Shown piece after piece: positions 21,876-35,760 of a stretch of DNA of 64,000 nt. A program made the translations under genes and the position numbers. Numbering within the stretch: the stretch's first letter is position 1; each line of letters begins with the position of its first letter. A model generated the notes under the pieces. That model saw only the letters and a program-made list of their open reading frames with translations. It was not told the DNA's origin and made no database searches. Origin of the DNA: Bilabrum cf. latius (Eukaryota); assembly GCA_965178125.1 (NCBI GenBank), contig OZ237758.1, positions 620,001-684,000 on the forward strand. Reading direction: 5' to 3'.

Positions 21876-24800
21876 ATGCAGGCATCTACACTGGACTCGG
21901 TATCAAGTAGTCTGCATCGCCTGCTAGTAGCCAAGTATGAAAGGGCTTAGGAAGCTGTAGAGTCTGCGTGTGGAGACATAGCCCGGCGGTTGCAAGTTTT
22001 GCATCGAGTGAAGCAGCAGTTTTCACGTGTCTCCTTGCCGTAGTAGCTGACAGCCGCTCTATCAGCATTTCTTTCCAGCTCAGCCCAGTGCGCTAGCCAT
22101 TCAGGGGCGATCGATGGGGAGCGTGAAAGGCTCGTCCTCGCTGCCGCAGCAGCAGACATAGCTGACAAGTTGCACCATTAGGCGACCTTGCTCATTAGTC
22201 GACATGGTTCGAATGGAGACACAGATGTGTCTACTATGCGAGTCAGTGGTGCGACCGGGCAAAAACGAACAGCTCGAGCAGACTTCGACCGAAGAGCTAC
22301 CGTGAGCTTCGAATCGATCAATGGTAGCGCCGGTCCTCCAGCCCCACAATTTCCGCATTTCTTGCTTACTGCAACCATACTTCGAGTTACCGTTCGCAGG
22401 CTTAGGCTGCCGCTGCGATGCGCTCCGCATGCCTGTCGCTCGCCGAATCGCTGGGGCGCTGCGCCTCTGCGAGTGCTGTAGCCATCGATGCTGGCATGTA
22501 GCTAGCATCATGCGCCATCGCACTCGCCATATGCGTTTCTTGCCACGCGAAACCCTCCGAATTGCGACGAGCAGTGGATGACATGGTGCTGCAGGCCGGT
22601 GCGACAGGCCGGTCGGCCAGGTCGGCCGTGAGCAGCCTCAAGCGATCGTTCACGACCGCTCCGGCCTTTCGCGAATTTGCCGCAAGGCATGCAGATGCCA
22701 GCGGGGCCGTGGTTCATGGTGGTGCCCATGGGCTGGGAGGCCTAGCCAGTGTGGCGCACCATGGTCTGTTTGCGGGAGCACTCGTCACACGATCCTAGGG
22801 CAGTGGGCCGGAGGGACTGACGAGTGAAGGCATCGACGGGCACAGCCACCCCGCGGGAGCAGCGGCGAGTTATCAACCGCCTCTGGAAATGGACGATTAT
22901 GATGGTAATGGTGACGGTGACGGTAGCCCCGAGGAAGAAGCCCTGGCCGCGCTTGCTCGCACGATCGTCCTTCTACTGCGCGAGGGTGGCCTATTCCTCG
23001 CGGTTGCAACCGCTGGTGCCGCGTCGGCCATGCTTCGGGGGGCGCTGCGCGGCGAGGGCCTGTCGGCTCAGAGCAGAGCTGCGGGCCGGCTAGCGAGCGA
23101 GCTGGTGCCCGGCCTTCCCGGCCCCGTGTTTCAGCTGGCCATGCTCTGTGGACAGCTCGACGCACTCGTCACACACGTGTCGGATTGGGAGCAGGGCGTG
23201 CAGGCGGGTGCCCTGGCTGGGCTGGCCGATGCATCGCACGGTGGTGCATCCGCCTCGTCGTCAAGGAGCCAGGGAGGCCGCCGAGCCAGAAGGCGGTCTC
23301 TGGACGGGAGGGATGCAAGCGCAAGCAATGGGCAGCAGCAGCAGCCCTCCAGCAGCCAGGCGGCCGATGCGACTGCCGGGACCAAATAGAAAGGCTAGCA
23401 GTTTCTCAAGAGTCAGGCGGAAGCGGTCTTTTCTGAGATCTGCGGTGCCCTTGTGTTGCTAGACGCTGGCTCAGGTGAGGCTGCAAGCGGCTCAGGCTCG
23501 GATTTCGAGGACTTTGAGTGCTGGTTGGGGTCGGCCGACTCGAATGTGCGGCGGCTCGCAAAGAGCTTAATAATGGCAGAAGACGCGGGAGTGGGCCTTG
23601 GCAGCCTCGTCTGGGATGGCCTCGGATTCGTGCCTAGTTCCGAGGTGCTCGGGGATGCCAGCGAGCTCGCCGCTGCTCGAATGAGGGACTGGAGGTACGC
23701 GAGGGCGAATCCTGCCGAAGTTGCGAGTGGCATGAGACCTGCTGGCTTGTCTTTTTGCTTCGCGGTACCGGGTGCCAGAGACCTGCTGGATGCTGCTCTG
23801 CGGCCTGGCACAGCTCCCATGCACAAGCTGGAGTCTTTCGGTACGACGACCTCTGCATCGACAGGGGAGGGTGTCCTCTCCGAGGACATCCCTCCTTCCC
23901 ACATAGCCTACCGAGTGGCCAGAAGGGCAGCCGCGCGTGCTCTCCGCGCGTCTTCCGGATCGGTGGCCGCCAGCAGCAACCTCGGCATGGTTGCAAGCGC
24001 TGGACAGGCGCCAGCCGCAGAGGCACTCGTGACCCGAGCGCTGCTGTTGGGCGTGCCACGAGCTGCCTACCGCGTCGCCATTGCGTCGCGCTGTTATGTC
24101 CCCAAAGTGCGAGCTGGGCTTGGGAGCGCGCTGGGTTCCAGCGCGGGGATGCCTGGTGCCTGGACGCTGTTCCGTGCAGGAGACGGCTCTGCAGCACTGG
24201 AGGCATGCAGGGCCGCGGATCGAGCCGGCGCCTTCAGGACGCTTGCAAGCGGTCGTGACGGGGCTTCTGCGCTGGCTGATCTTTCCACTGCCGGTGATGT
24301 TGCCGGCCGTGGTGGCCCTACTAGCGCTGTGACATGCCTGTGGTCATGCATGGTGGAGCACGGCCACTGGCCGGATGCACTCTCTCTGCCGCTTGACGAG
24401 TCAGAGCAGCTTTCGTGCGCGCAGCTCACGGACGAGTGCACCGGGCTGGAACTCTTCGGTCTTGCCAGCCAATCCTAGTGGCAGGGATAGGACAAGGATC
24501 TCGCAGCTCGGGCACGCCAGACTGGAGAGTGCGTCTGGGTGCCGTTCCGCATCGCCATGCATGCCAAGGAGGGCCAGCAGATGCAAGCCGCTGCTCTATG
24601 GCGTGTGGCAGCTGCTGCAGTTCGCCTATTTGCGCAGAGGAATGCATTGTCCGGTCCTGGTGACATGCATGGCTGGTGGGTCCGAAGCACTGCTTACGTT
24701 GCTGCAATCGCGCGCGCGCCTTGGCCGCTGACCACGTAGGAACGGGTAGGGGCAGCCGCTGCCTTGGTCACTGGCTTCTCGGATGAGGCCGCGGAGGAAG

Positions 24801-27800
24801 CTTCGGTCGCCATGGAGACGGGGCTCAAGCATATGTTCAAGCAGATGGGGGAGCCTGCTGCTGGGGACACGGGCCCGGCAGGTGACACGTTTTGGCTTCA
24901 GCAGGTTGGGTTGGCACCAAGCATGCATGAGGGTGACGATCTGGTGCACACTATGAGAGATGGGATTCATCTGCAGCCCGGTCACGCTACTGGGGTCAGT
25001 GGCAGTGCGGGCGCCGCAGGAAAGACCCACGGCCTCGGCCAGAGCATGCTGCGCATGTCTGCTGCAGTAAGCGCGGGCAGGCTAGCGGCCAGCACACGCG
25101 TAGGCTAGAGCGGTCGCGCAGCAGTTGCCGTGCGGGATGGCTCTAATCCATCCCCAGGGTCACCAAGCGGGTCTGTCCGTCTGCTGCGGCGCGGGGAATC
25201 CCCTTCCCGGGCGGTAGCGGGTCACGGTGGAGACCCTTTCAACGGGCATGGAGTGCAAGCGGGCTCCAACGACGGCAAGCTGAGCCTTGCAGACCTCGAT
25301 GCAGGCAGCGGCGGCGGGTCGAAGGGGTAGGATCGGCTGCAGCAGGGAGAAGCGATGCGCATGACTAGCGCAGATCTGAACGTTTTCTCTGGCAGCCAAG
25401 TGGCGCAGCCTGGCATGTCGGACGGTGATGGGACGGGATCTGGGAGCATGCCAAAGAAATTGGGATTTGAGCTGCCTGGCATCGATGGCACCCCAGCCAA
25501 ACAGGAGCAGCTTGATGCTGACGAGCCTCGAAATGTCCCACGGCCCATGCAGCTATCACCAGACGCTGCGAAGCCTATGCAGGCTGATGCATCTGCCGCC
25601 GGTGGCTTTGCACTCGACGGTGGTGCTACGAGCAAGCCAACAACCGCTTCACATTCACAAGGGCTTGGTGACCCGTGGGCTGCGGGTGCTTTTGGCGCGG
25701 CAAGTCAGGCCGGCAGCACCGACCTTGGGGAGCCGTCCTCATCCTCGTCATCGTCGTCGTCGTCGTCATCTTCTTCGTCAGCTGCAGCTGCAACTGCAAC
25801 TCTGGAGGACAGCCCAACCCAGGGCTGGGGTGGCACTGCTGCCACGGCAAAAAATGCCACAGCGGTAAGTGCTGCTGATCGTGGCGCAAGGTCGCCCGCA
25901 CAGCCAGCAGCTGCGCCAATTGAGCTCGAGAGCGCCCTACCGGACCCAATGGCGGGGGCATTCGGGGGTGCTTTTGGTGGCAGCAGCGACAGCGGGGCAC
26001 CCAGCACTGGTCTCGGAGGAAGCAGCAGCCATGAAGCTAATGCTGCGGTGAGCAGCCTCATGGGCATGGTATCCGGATCGCCCGTGGGAGGGTAGCAGCA
26101 GCAGTCAGCCGAGGCCGCCACTGACCCCTGGGGGGCACCAGTCACGGCAGGTGGGACACACCGACCCGCGGCTAGCAAGAGTCCAGAGAGGACGGCGGTG
26201 GAAGCAGCCGCACAGCGCGCTCTGGATGCTGTCGCCGCGGCACAGCACGGTCTTGGAGAAGAGCCGGTCGACTCGAGCTAGTCTGCCTGGGATGCTGGAG
26301 CGCATGACTAGGGCAATGGGTCCAATGGCCGTGACCAGTCCAACCAGGCTACCTCCAAGGATCCATTCGGTACTGCGAGCGGGTTTGGTGGGCTGTCTGC
26401 GCCTGGTGCTGACGTGTTTGGCATGGGAGCCGTGCCCGCTCCTGCTAGTGCTGCTGCATTTGGTTCGGCTACCGATGCCTTTGGGTTAGGCGGCCAGGAA
26501 TAGGAAGATCGCCCTAGCGCCGACTTTGGTGCATCCTCCGTTGCACCTCGCAGTACTCATTTTGAGAAAGACTCGGCTAGCGCTAGCGTAGATCCATTCG
26601 GGCTGGGAGACGCCGAAACTGTGGGCGGCTTCCCCGATGGCGGGTTTGCAAGCAGCGATGCAGGAGGAACTGGTATGGAGGGGACCGCGCAAAATCCTTG
26701 GTCTGCCGCGGCTGGAGCAGCGGCTGGCCCTGCTGATTCTGGAGACGGCGCGAGCAAGGCTTCAACGAGTAAGAAGAGGAGCGCCCGGAAATTCAAGCGC
26801 AGATCGAATGCCCCGAGAGCGGGAACAATGGCCGACCAAGGCGATGATCAGAGCGGAAGCGATGCGACAGGGTTTCCAGCAGTGGTCGAGTCTGGTGGTC
26901 AGCAAACCGTGGAGGCACCTGGCAATGACGGCAATGGCGATGGGGTCTCGGATTTGCCGGCTCCGATCATGAGTGAGGCGTTTGGTACCACGGGCGATAC
27001 TGGCAGCGATTCTTGGGGCGGGGTCGGTGATGATGGAGGGAGCAAGCCAGAGGCGGATGCTGCGTGGGGCGGGTCCGGGGATGATGGGGGGAGCAAGCCC
27101 GAGGCGGATGCTGCGTGGGGCGGGTCCGGGGATGATGGGGGGAGCAAGCCCGAGGCGGATGCTGCGTGGGGCGGGTCCGGGGATGATGGGGGGAGCAAGC
27201 CCGAGGCGGATGCTGCGTGGGGCGGGTCCGGGGATGATGGAGGGAGCAAGCCCGAGGCGGATGCTGCGTGGGGCGGGTCCGGGGATGATGGGGGGAGCAA
27301 GCCCGAGGCGGATGCTGCGTGGGGCGGGTCCGGGGAGGATGGAGGGAGCAAGCCCGAGGCGGATGCTGCGTGGGGCGGGTCCGGGGATGATGGAGGGAGC
27401 AAGCCCGAGGCGGATGCTGCGTGGGGCGGGTCCGGGGATGATGGAGGGAGCAAGCCCGAGGCGGATGCTGCGTGGGGCGGGTCCGGGGATGATGGGGGGA
27501 GCAAGCCCGAGGCGGATGCTGCGTGGGGCGGGTCCGGGGATGATGGGGGGAGCAAGCCCGAGGCGGATGCTGCGTGGGGCGGGTCCGGGGATGATGGGGG
27601 GAGCAAGCCCGAGGCGGATGCTGCGTGGGGCGGGTCCGGGGATGATGGGGGGAGCAAGCCCGAGGCGGATGCTGCGTGGGGCGGGTCCGGGGATGATGGG
27701 GGGAGCAAGCCCGAGGATACAATGGGAGCTGAAAGTGGCGAGCAGCAGGATTCCACTAAAACAAAGGATCCTTGGGGATCAGGTGGGGATGATAATGGTT

Positions 27801-27859
27801 TTGGTGGCCTTGGAGCGCCATCCGAGGATGTTTTCGGCGGCGGCTCGACCGGGTGGTGA
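21876..27859 (+). CDS. Large protein with a probable ELYS (nucleoporin AHCTF1-type) helical domain and a long low-complexity FG/DPW/WG-repeat tail
   Basis: The frame 22400-27859 is open except for TAGs. Exon 1 (21876 to ~22241) is tentative. GALVLLDAG and DALSLPLDESEQ resemble ELYS-domain motifs (W.LD; LL.LPL...EE). Ends at TGA. Confidence 0.55.
27014..27715 (+). repeat. Coding minisatellite, 51-bp unit x ~13.8, encoding WGGSGDDGGSKPEADAA
   Basis: Near-perfect tandem units are visible directly. Differences are mostly synonymous GGG/GGA, with one D>E change. Confidence 0.97.
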
Positions 27860-27971
27860 ATATCAGTTTTTGCACCTTACAACATTCTGTTCGCGACCGT
27901 TGTGATCTCACGATATTGCTCTGCATCCGAATACTATGGCTGCAACTGCGCTCAAAGCAAGTCGAGTAGGC

Positions 27972-29162
27972 ATGAAAAGGTAGTTTCCATCGGATATGAT
28001 GGGTCCCAAAGCATCGAAGGTCCGAGGTAAGCGCGATGCTTCGGCTAGTATGCACTTCGTCTGCAGCTCATATACTGCAAACCGTGCGATGGATTCCCCA
28101 GTTTGTCACATGCCGCAGTAGCAGAAAAGGGCTCAAGTTCGGCTTGGTCACCATCTGCTGGCGACGACGACCATTCCAGGACTGGGGCGCAACTCAGCTC
28201 TGCCGCGGAGAGAGTCCGAGTGGTCTTCTCTGATTTGCTTCAGTCCGATGAGGCAAAGGATATGACAGTTGTCGATTTTCTCAAAAAAACTGTTGATTTG
28301 CTTGCTGATGACATTCGGTCTCGAGCTGAAGCCTCTGTTACCAGGCTTCGCTCTGCCTACCAAGACGAGGAGCGTATTCTGCAAGACGCCCTGAAGTCGA
28401 AGCTCGCCTAGGATGAAGATGCTGCAAAGAAATGTAAGAAGCATACATTGCCATGTTTGTATGGGATTATTTTCGTTATATGAGCTGCACTGGGTACTCG
28501 TCACCGACCACATGCACTTTTCGCTCGCAGCAAGCAAGACGAAGATGTCACTGCATCTCGTCGTGGAAGCTGGCCCATACAAAGGCGAGACTTTCATCGT
28601 TAAGCCAAGGGCTAGACGACGAGTAGCTCGGCTCGGAAGGAGCACAGGATCGGATTACACGCGCCACGGCGTCTCTCTTGCCGATGACCCCGAGGTCTCT
28701 ACATATCACGGCAAATTCGAGTCTTCCGGTGGCAACGTGTATTTCACGGACGTAGGAAGCACCAACGGGTCTATTTTGAACGGCACCGAGCTCGTGGCCA
28801 ACGAGAGGATGCATCTGCGGAATGGTGACATGCTCAAGGTTGGAGCAACAGACATGCGGGTGAGCGTGCAAAGCGATGACGCAGACGGCGCGGCCTCTGC
28901 CAGCACCAGCTCCTCTGCGGCCACACGGTCCACTGTACGGCGGGGAGACCAAGGATCCTCGAAGAAAGAGGGTGGGTCTGCAAAGGGTGGCGCAGCAGCT
29001 GCTGAGGACGAGGAGGAGGACGAAGACGAGGACGAGGATGAGGAGGAGGAAGGCAGCAGCCGCAGTGGTCGCGGTCGGAAGGCGGGCGGGCGATCGAAGG
29101 CCGCAAAAAAGGCAGACAGCAAATCAAAGGCAGGGGGCAAGCGCAGGACAAGGCGCGGTTGA
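27972..29162 (+). CDS. FHA-domain protein with N-terminal coiled coil and acidic/basic tail
   Basis: FHA motifs LGRS, DPEVSTYHG and DVGSTNGSILNG. Inferred exons 27972-28026, 28119-28433 and 28531-29162 are in phase. TAG at 27981 and 28409. Confidence 0.75.
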
Positions 29163-29273
29163 TAAGCGTACATGTGTCACTAAAATCTATTGGGCTGTCC
29201 AACTAGAACATGCATGTGCATACGCCTGGTGTCATGTCGTTAGCATTCTATAAGGTCAGCAAGGCACGCTGCA

Positions 29274-32200
29274 TTACCCAAGCGGCACGTCGCTCCGCAG
29301 GCTGACTCTCTGCAGCAGCGCCTTGCCGTCCTCGCCCTCCATCCGAACCGTCAGCGTGCCCCAGCGCCTGCCGGTGATACGGAGGCCGCACGTGTCAGGG
29401 GCTAGTGCTGCACGCCTCGCTGCTTCCAGCTTAGCCTTCATGGCAGCAGGCATGCCTTGTAGAGACCGCTAGAGTCCCCCACTAGCCCGCACTGCCCCCC
29501 CGCCGGCGACACCCTCGCCGGCGCCGGCAGATTTACGCCCAGGTCCTGGTCCGATCGCTCGTACCTTGATCAAGGCCTTTTCACCTGGCTACAGCTCACC
29601 CGACGCACCCTACAGTTGAAATCCGCCTCCCTCAGCAACGGCGTCTCCGGCAGCGCCGCCACCTGAGCTCTTACCCTTGCCCTTTGCCTTTCCTCCCTTG
29701 CCCTTGTCACCTCGTGGAGATGCTGAATTCGACCCACCATCCGCAACGGCACCCGGGCCTGTCTCGGCTCCGGCCTTGCCGTACGGATCTAAACTCTGAC
29801 AACTAGCAGCAAATGTTACCGGTCCGGCCGCGTCTTTTCTGGCCCACACCTCCACGAGTGCCCAGCCCTCCAAATCGTCATCGTCATCACCACCAATCTC
29901 CTCGTCCCCACCCTTGCTGCTGCTACCTCCGTCCGCATCAGCTGCGTCGGCTGCCGACTCCTTTGCAGGCACGTCGAGGAGCAGGCCCTGTTGTTCCCCA
30001 GCACGAGTCACACCCGCTGTTCCCTCGGCATCCTGCACCTCTGAGCCCTCGGCAGCTTCCATACCCAATGCTGCAGCCAGAGCCAAGGGCTCAGCGAACA
30101 CCTCCTCCTTGTCTCCTGCACCCATTCCACCGTTTGATGCAGTGCCGGCGTTCACACGATCCCCCATTCGCTTCGAAACGGTTGCGGGAAGCACTACAAA
30201 TCCAGGTGCGTCCACGCAGCGCCCTTGCAGCCTCCACAGGCGGGGTGGCTAGTCTTGGTGCTTGACAACAAGACGGAGCGCGGCATCCATGGGCAGCTGC
30301 TGGTCCATCCGAGCAGAGTCGGGCGCGAAAGTGGCTTCAATGGCAAGCTACTACCCCGGCGAGACGGTGCCGCTGTAGGAGGATATAGAAAACGGACCTA
30401 GCGGCTTCGTGGCGTTGCCTGGAGTCTCCCCAGCCGGCACCAAAGTGTACTCGACTGGGAAGGAGCAGCTGCTGCGCAGGATGATGGTGCGCTTTGCCAC
30501 GGCTCCCGGTCGCAACGCTCCAAAATCACTGAGTCCACCGGTGGGCCAGCCATCTACGGCCAAAGAGGGGGAATCGCCTTTGCCCATTATTCTGATGCGA
30601 CGGCTTGTCGTCCCAAACTTGGCGACGGCCGCGCGCCCAGCGTCATCCTCGCGGTGCTCATCGGCTCGCGCCCAGCGGACAAACAACGACGTGGCAAAGG
30701 CCGCTCGTTGCCTGGGCTGGAACACGACGGGAATGACCTGCTTCTGCCCTGGACGAAGCACCCGTGGCGGCTGAGACAGGGAGAATCCCCCCACATCGCC
30801 GCCACCCGCACCACCATCTGCCAAGCCGTCGATCGCAGGGAGGATGGAGTGCGGGCTGCGGTTCCTAAGTGTGATGCTGAGCTCCTACCTCCCGCCCACG
30901 GGACATGCACCGAATACCAGGCTAGTTGGCGTGATCTCCATCTCGGTGGGGGCAAGGACCATGGCCAGCTCAAGGGCATGCGATCTGGATAAGGGAGGCT
31001 GCTGGGACGCCAATTGTATGCCCTGAGCTCCTGATCCTTGCTTCTGCTCGCCCATGTCCTGCACGGACCGCCTGTCATCGAGAGTCTCACAGATGGCCAG
31101 GTGAAACACGCGCTGCCGCTCAAGCGGGAGCGCAGTGGGATCTGCAGGAGCAGCCGACTCTTCGTATAGTAGCCTAGCTTTCTAAGTCAACGATTCCTCG
31201 TCCTGCTGCTCCTCCTATTCGTGCGCGTCTACTCCCTTCGACGGTGACTCTGCTTCGCCACCATCTAGAGTGCTGGCTGCACCAGGCCCGTCCGAAGCAT
31301 ATGTAGCATCTTTGCTCGCGCCTTCAACGCCCTCCTCGCCATCCACAGCCTCACCCAGATCATCCTCACCGGATTCTTGCTTGTGCGATTCTTTCGGTGC
31401 GATCGAGGGCGGCGGTCGACGCCCTTCAATGAGACGAGCCAGTGCCCTAGTCATGCGCACAGACAGGACCAATCTGGCGGTGTCACCCGCCGCCACGCGG
31501 CCGACCGCAGGCCGCACCTCGATCGCCTCTGGTACCTGGACGTCACTACCACCGCCTGATGCCCCTGCCTGCTATTGCGAACTGCCGCCAGAAGATGGAT
31601 TCGAAGCTCCGATTGTTTGAGATAGCCGCATGGATTTCTGCAGCGTCTGCATCATGGCTGCATCCGCACCGTCCGCTCCAAATGCCTCCTCGAGCAGCTG
31701 CCTCACCTGCGGGGCTTGTACCTCGAACTTGGCGGCTTGCTTGGGACCTGCCCGCAGCGAGATCGGGACAGAGGCCTCGTCCCCCACAGCGAGCGGCGGC
31801 AGCGCAATCCTCGTGGCGGACGGAGTCAGCAGTGGCTCGATTCCCGTGCACGCGAGACTCACGCCGAGGCGCTGGCCTGTGCTGGACTGCAGCACCGGGC
31901 TTCTCAAGTTTTCGTCGGGACGACTCGGCGCGAGCCTGACGGAGACTACAGCGGTCTCCCGCGGCAAGAGCACGCCAAGACCGTCTCCATCAAAAGAAAC
32001 GCCTCTTCCCGGCTTCACAAAGCCATACCTCACGGCAATAGTGCTGGGATTGAAGAGAACGAGAGGCCGCTCCACGGCCTGCCCTATCATGCACTCTCCC
32101 ATCTCCACGGCGACTTTGCCGCTGGCACGGGCACGTCTCGTACCAGCGTCATCTCTGCCAGGCATCGCGTCGTATCCGGTTGGGTTGAGCAGGCCACCAA

Positions 32201-35200
32201 GCTGCTGCTCGACACCGTTCTGTGCAGGGGAACCAAAGAAGCGCAGGGGCATCGAAGGAGGCAGCTTCATCGGCGCCCACAGCTGGAGTGCCGCAGGTGT
32301 CACACGAGCGCATAGGACGACCCGCACGGGCCGGCGCAGGCTGTCCGCCTTGATGCTAAGCGGAACCTCGAGCCACCAGTCGTCTCCTGGCACATCGGCT
32401 GACATGCCGTCACCCCTGCCCTGTTCCGACCCGCGACCCTCCTCCTGCGTTGACACCGGCCCTGCAAGACCCTTGGCTGCTAGCTTCCGAGCCAGCTTCA
32501 CAGTGGGCCTTAGGATGACCGCGACCTGAAACTCCCCATCCACAGTGTCTGCGATCTCTGATCTACTTGATCTGCTGGCCCGCGTGCCTCCCAGTACAGA
32601 CCCCGGCGGCTTGCCCAAAGTGGCAGCCCCCTTGTCCTCCTCTCTCCCCTGCACATAGAACGACTTAGGCAGCAGCTCTAGGTCCGCTGGGTCTTCCGGT
32701 GGCTTGGGTCCGGCGGCCTTTCTGATCTTTTTGCGTCCCCTGAGCGGGCTGATAATCGCACCGCTCGCCGCTGTCGTGGCCATCCCAGCATTCTGCGTGA
32801 AATCCTCCTCCGCCTTCCTCTTCTTTTCCAAGAGCACCGCCATGGCTCCAGCAGACACCGTCTTGCTTCCAAACACGGCCTCGTCGCCCTCATCCGCGGC
32901 CTGTTCTAGAAGAGCCATGTCGTCGTCGATGCCTCCCTCTGTCGCCTTCTTTCTCTCTGCCTCGACGGCGTCCAATCGACCGGCGTCTGCATTCACGGCC
33001 CCGCCGCTGCCCACTTTGACGGCCGCAGGAGCCTCAACCCTGCACTTTAGAGAAGTGGGGCCGGCGTTCTTGAGAATGACGAGTGCTCTGTACGCCTTTC
33101 CATCCAAGCAGGTGCGCAGGTCGATCCGCCTGACAGGGGCATACAGGGGCAGAGCGAGCGCCCTGGCCTGAATCTCCAGTCGCAGCACCCGCCGCTCCTC
33201 CGGGAGAGCCTTATCCCCGCCGTCCATGGGCTGGCTAGAGATGAGGCAGCTCGCCCTGAGCAGTCCAGCGGACCCCCGGGGCTTGAAGTGGACCCTGAGT
33301 GATCGGCTCGAGTAGGCCGGCACCTCCCCGCTTGGAGGAAGTCCCACGAACCCCGTAGAGGGCGACGGCCCGTCCTCGGGCAGCGCTTCCGGGTCCAGCT
33401 GCACCTCTGTATCGTGGGGATCTTCGCTCCAGTCCATCCTATATGCGAAAGGAATGGCGCCGTGGTTGTGCAGCCGAAAGGTGCTGGATCCGTCCTGTCC
33501 CACTACCACAGCACCCAGGTCAAGTCTGGAGGTCCTGAGTGTTTCCCTCCAGCGCCGGCTGGACCGGAACTGCACGGTGGAGACGACCGGATCCGTGGCC
33601 TCCCCGTCTGCCCTAGACGGCTTGGGCAGCGGACTGAGAGCGGGAACGGCTCGAGCCGGCGAGCACCTGACGGGCACGTTGCACGGCCCGGTGGACGACA
33701 GCACGGGCAGCTCAAACTCGAGGTCCTTGCTGTATCCCGGAGGAACCTCGAAGCGCAGCCGAAGCGGCGCAGATGTGCCCGCGCTCATTCGTCCCTGCGG
33801 CTTCCACAGGGGCGTGAAGAGATCACGGAGCTCGTCCGGCGCGTCTCCCACGCGGAAGCTGGCAAACGAGTAGCTCGAGTTGGTCAGCGTGACCTTCTGC
33901 TCGACCACTGTGCCGCCCCGATAATCGATGAAAGCAAGAAGCCGCGGCTTGGACGTGAACGCACCCTTGTCAAACACGCGACCGGCCGCAACCTGGGGTC
34001 GCACGATCCCGCTCTTCTGCCTATCTAGCGCCTTGGCCATGGTCTTCTGCTCAAGCTTGCTTAGGTCTTTAAGCCGCCTGCCGCCAATCCTCCGAGCTGC
34101 ATGGACACCCCCACCTGCTGCGGTGGTGGCTGACGCCCCAGCTCGCCGGGTGGAGGACGCACCGAGGCCGGGTGCCGATGCCTCCAGCCCTGCCATGCCG
34201 CCGCCCATATCTTCCTAGTCGACCCCAGCGCCGGTACCAGTGCCGGTAGCCGAGGAAGGCAGGCCCAGGCCGGTGCCGAGACCCACCATCCCAGCTTCCT
34301 CTTCGTCTTCCAGCTCGCTAAGCTCCTGCGCCGTCATCATTTTTCTCTACCTCGGCCCCAGCCTAGCGCGGAGCACGTGGGGGTCGGGCCTAACGCCTTC
34401 CATGCCGCGCTTGCCTGCCTCCTTCGCGATCAGAGCAACGTCTCTCGGGTCCTTGCCCACCATCCCCGTCCCAAACTTGTGCGTGCGCTGGGGTGCGGCC
34501 AGTTCCGAGGGCAGTACTCTCAGCAAGCGGCCACCAGGGTCGAGGGCCGGCCGGCCGTCCATGGTCATGGACCGGATGGTCTGCTCTGCCTTCTGGGCCT
34601 TGCGGTCGCGACCTACCTCCGCGATGTATTCATGTTCCGCTTTTGCGCGGCGCCGCGCGGCTCGCTCGGCGATTCGTTCCGCCGCGTCCTCCTTCACGAT
34701 CTGCGAGGCCAGCTTCCTCTGGCTGGCCTCGATGTCTTTCTGCAGCTGCGCCTGCTGGCTGGCCTCGTCTGCCCTCATCTTCCTCCTCCTGAACTCCTCG
34801 TAGGGGTTAGTGCCTCGTTCTACCAGGTGCGCGGATTCTGCTCGCTTGGCCTCCTCCGCGGCAGCTCGTTTTGCTCGATTTCTGGCCGCCCGAGCAGCCG
34901 TCTCGTCCTCTACCTTCGTGAGGGAGTCTCTCAGGGTAAGAAGGGAGGCGGTGCGAGCGGCGCGGCGCTTGGCCTGCACCTGCTCCGCGTGCTGGATAAC
35001 CTCGCCGGCGTCCTGTCGCATCGCCTGCGTGAGCTCTTGCGCCCTGCCCCGCGCCTTCTGCGTGGCTGCCATCTTGCTGGCTGCTCGCTTCGAGTCTGCG
35101 AGCAGCGCTCGGTGCAGCTTGGCGGACTCGCGCCCTGCTCGTGCTTCCTGGACTCGGCGGACAGCGATGTCTCTCTCGATTCTCGCGTCAGCAGCTGCGG

Positions 35201-35645
35201 CATCCCGTTGCGCTTCCCGTTCGATCAAGGCGTGCGCTGCTTGCGCCTGCGCATCTCGCTTGTCTTGCTCCAACAGTGCCGCATCTCTAGTGGTATCTGC
35301 CTCTGCAAACAGCTGCCGTTCCCTCTCCGAACCGCTTTCAGCAGTCTGGAGCTTTTTCTGCGTGCGTACGACTGCCCTTCGGGCACGAACTACCTCAGCG
35401 TCCAGCTCGCCGGTCCCTTTGATCCTAGCTTTCTCTGCCTCAGCCTCTGCAACAGCCTCCAAGCGACCCTACTCCCGCCTCAGCTACGAAATCTAGTCTT
35501 CTAATCTATCTAATCTATCCTGAGCTCCTCTAGCTACGGCATCCGCATCCAAGAAGCGCCGCTTGGCTTCAGCCTGGAGGGTGATGGCCTTATGTGCATC
35601 ACGGAGGGCAAGCTGCTCCGCATTCGTTCGCCTCCGAGTTGACAT
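29274..35645 (-). CDS. CFAP74: Cilia- and flagella-associated protein 74-like (coiled coil plus ASH/Ig-like repeats), ~2120 aa
   Basis: One continuous frame joins seven track ORFs through TAGs. Motifs GTNPYEEFRRR and FTSKPRLLAFIDY...TLTNSSYS...PQGRMSAGTS match CFAP74. Several ASH-like domains follow. Ends at TAA (29274-29276). Confidence 0.78.
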
Positions 35646-35760
35646 AAATATAGAATCTTGAAATAATAGTGAAACTGTATTCAATGTACCTCCTGGATGG
35701 AAGAAATCGAAAGTGATTCAATTCGATCCGTTGTTGAGAAACTGCACGCTATCTACCAAG

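Noticed and set aside
26899-27905. Alternative-frame and antisense repeat ORFs (285, 251 and 310 aa) over the 51-bp minisatellite
   Set aside because: These are shadows of a stop-free GC-rich repeat. Unit variation is mostly synonymous in the WGGSGDD frame.
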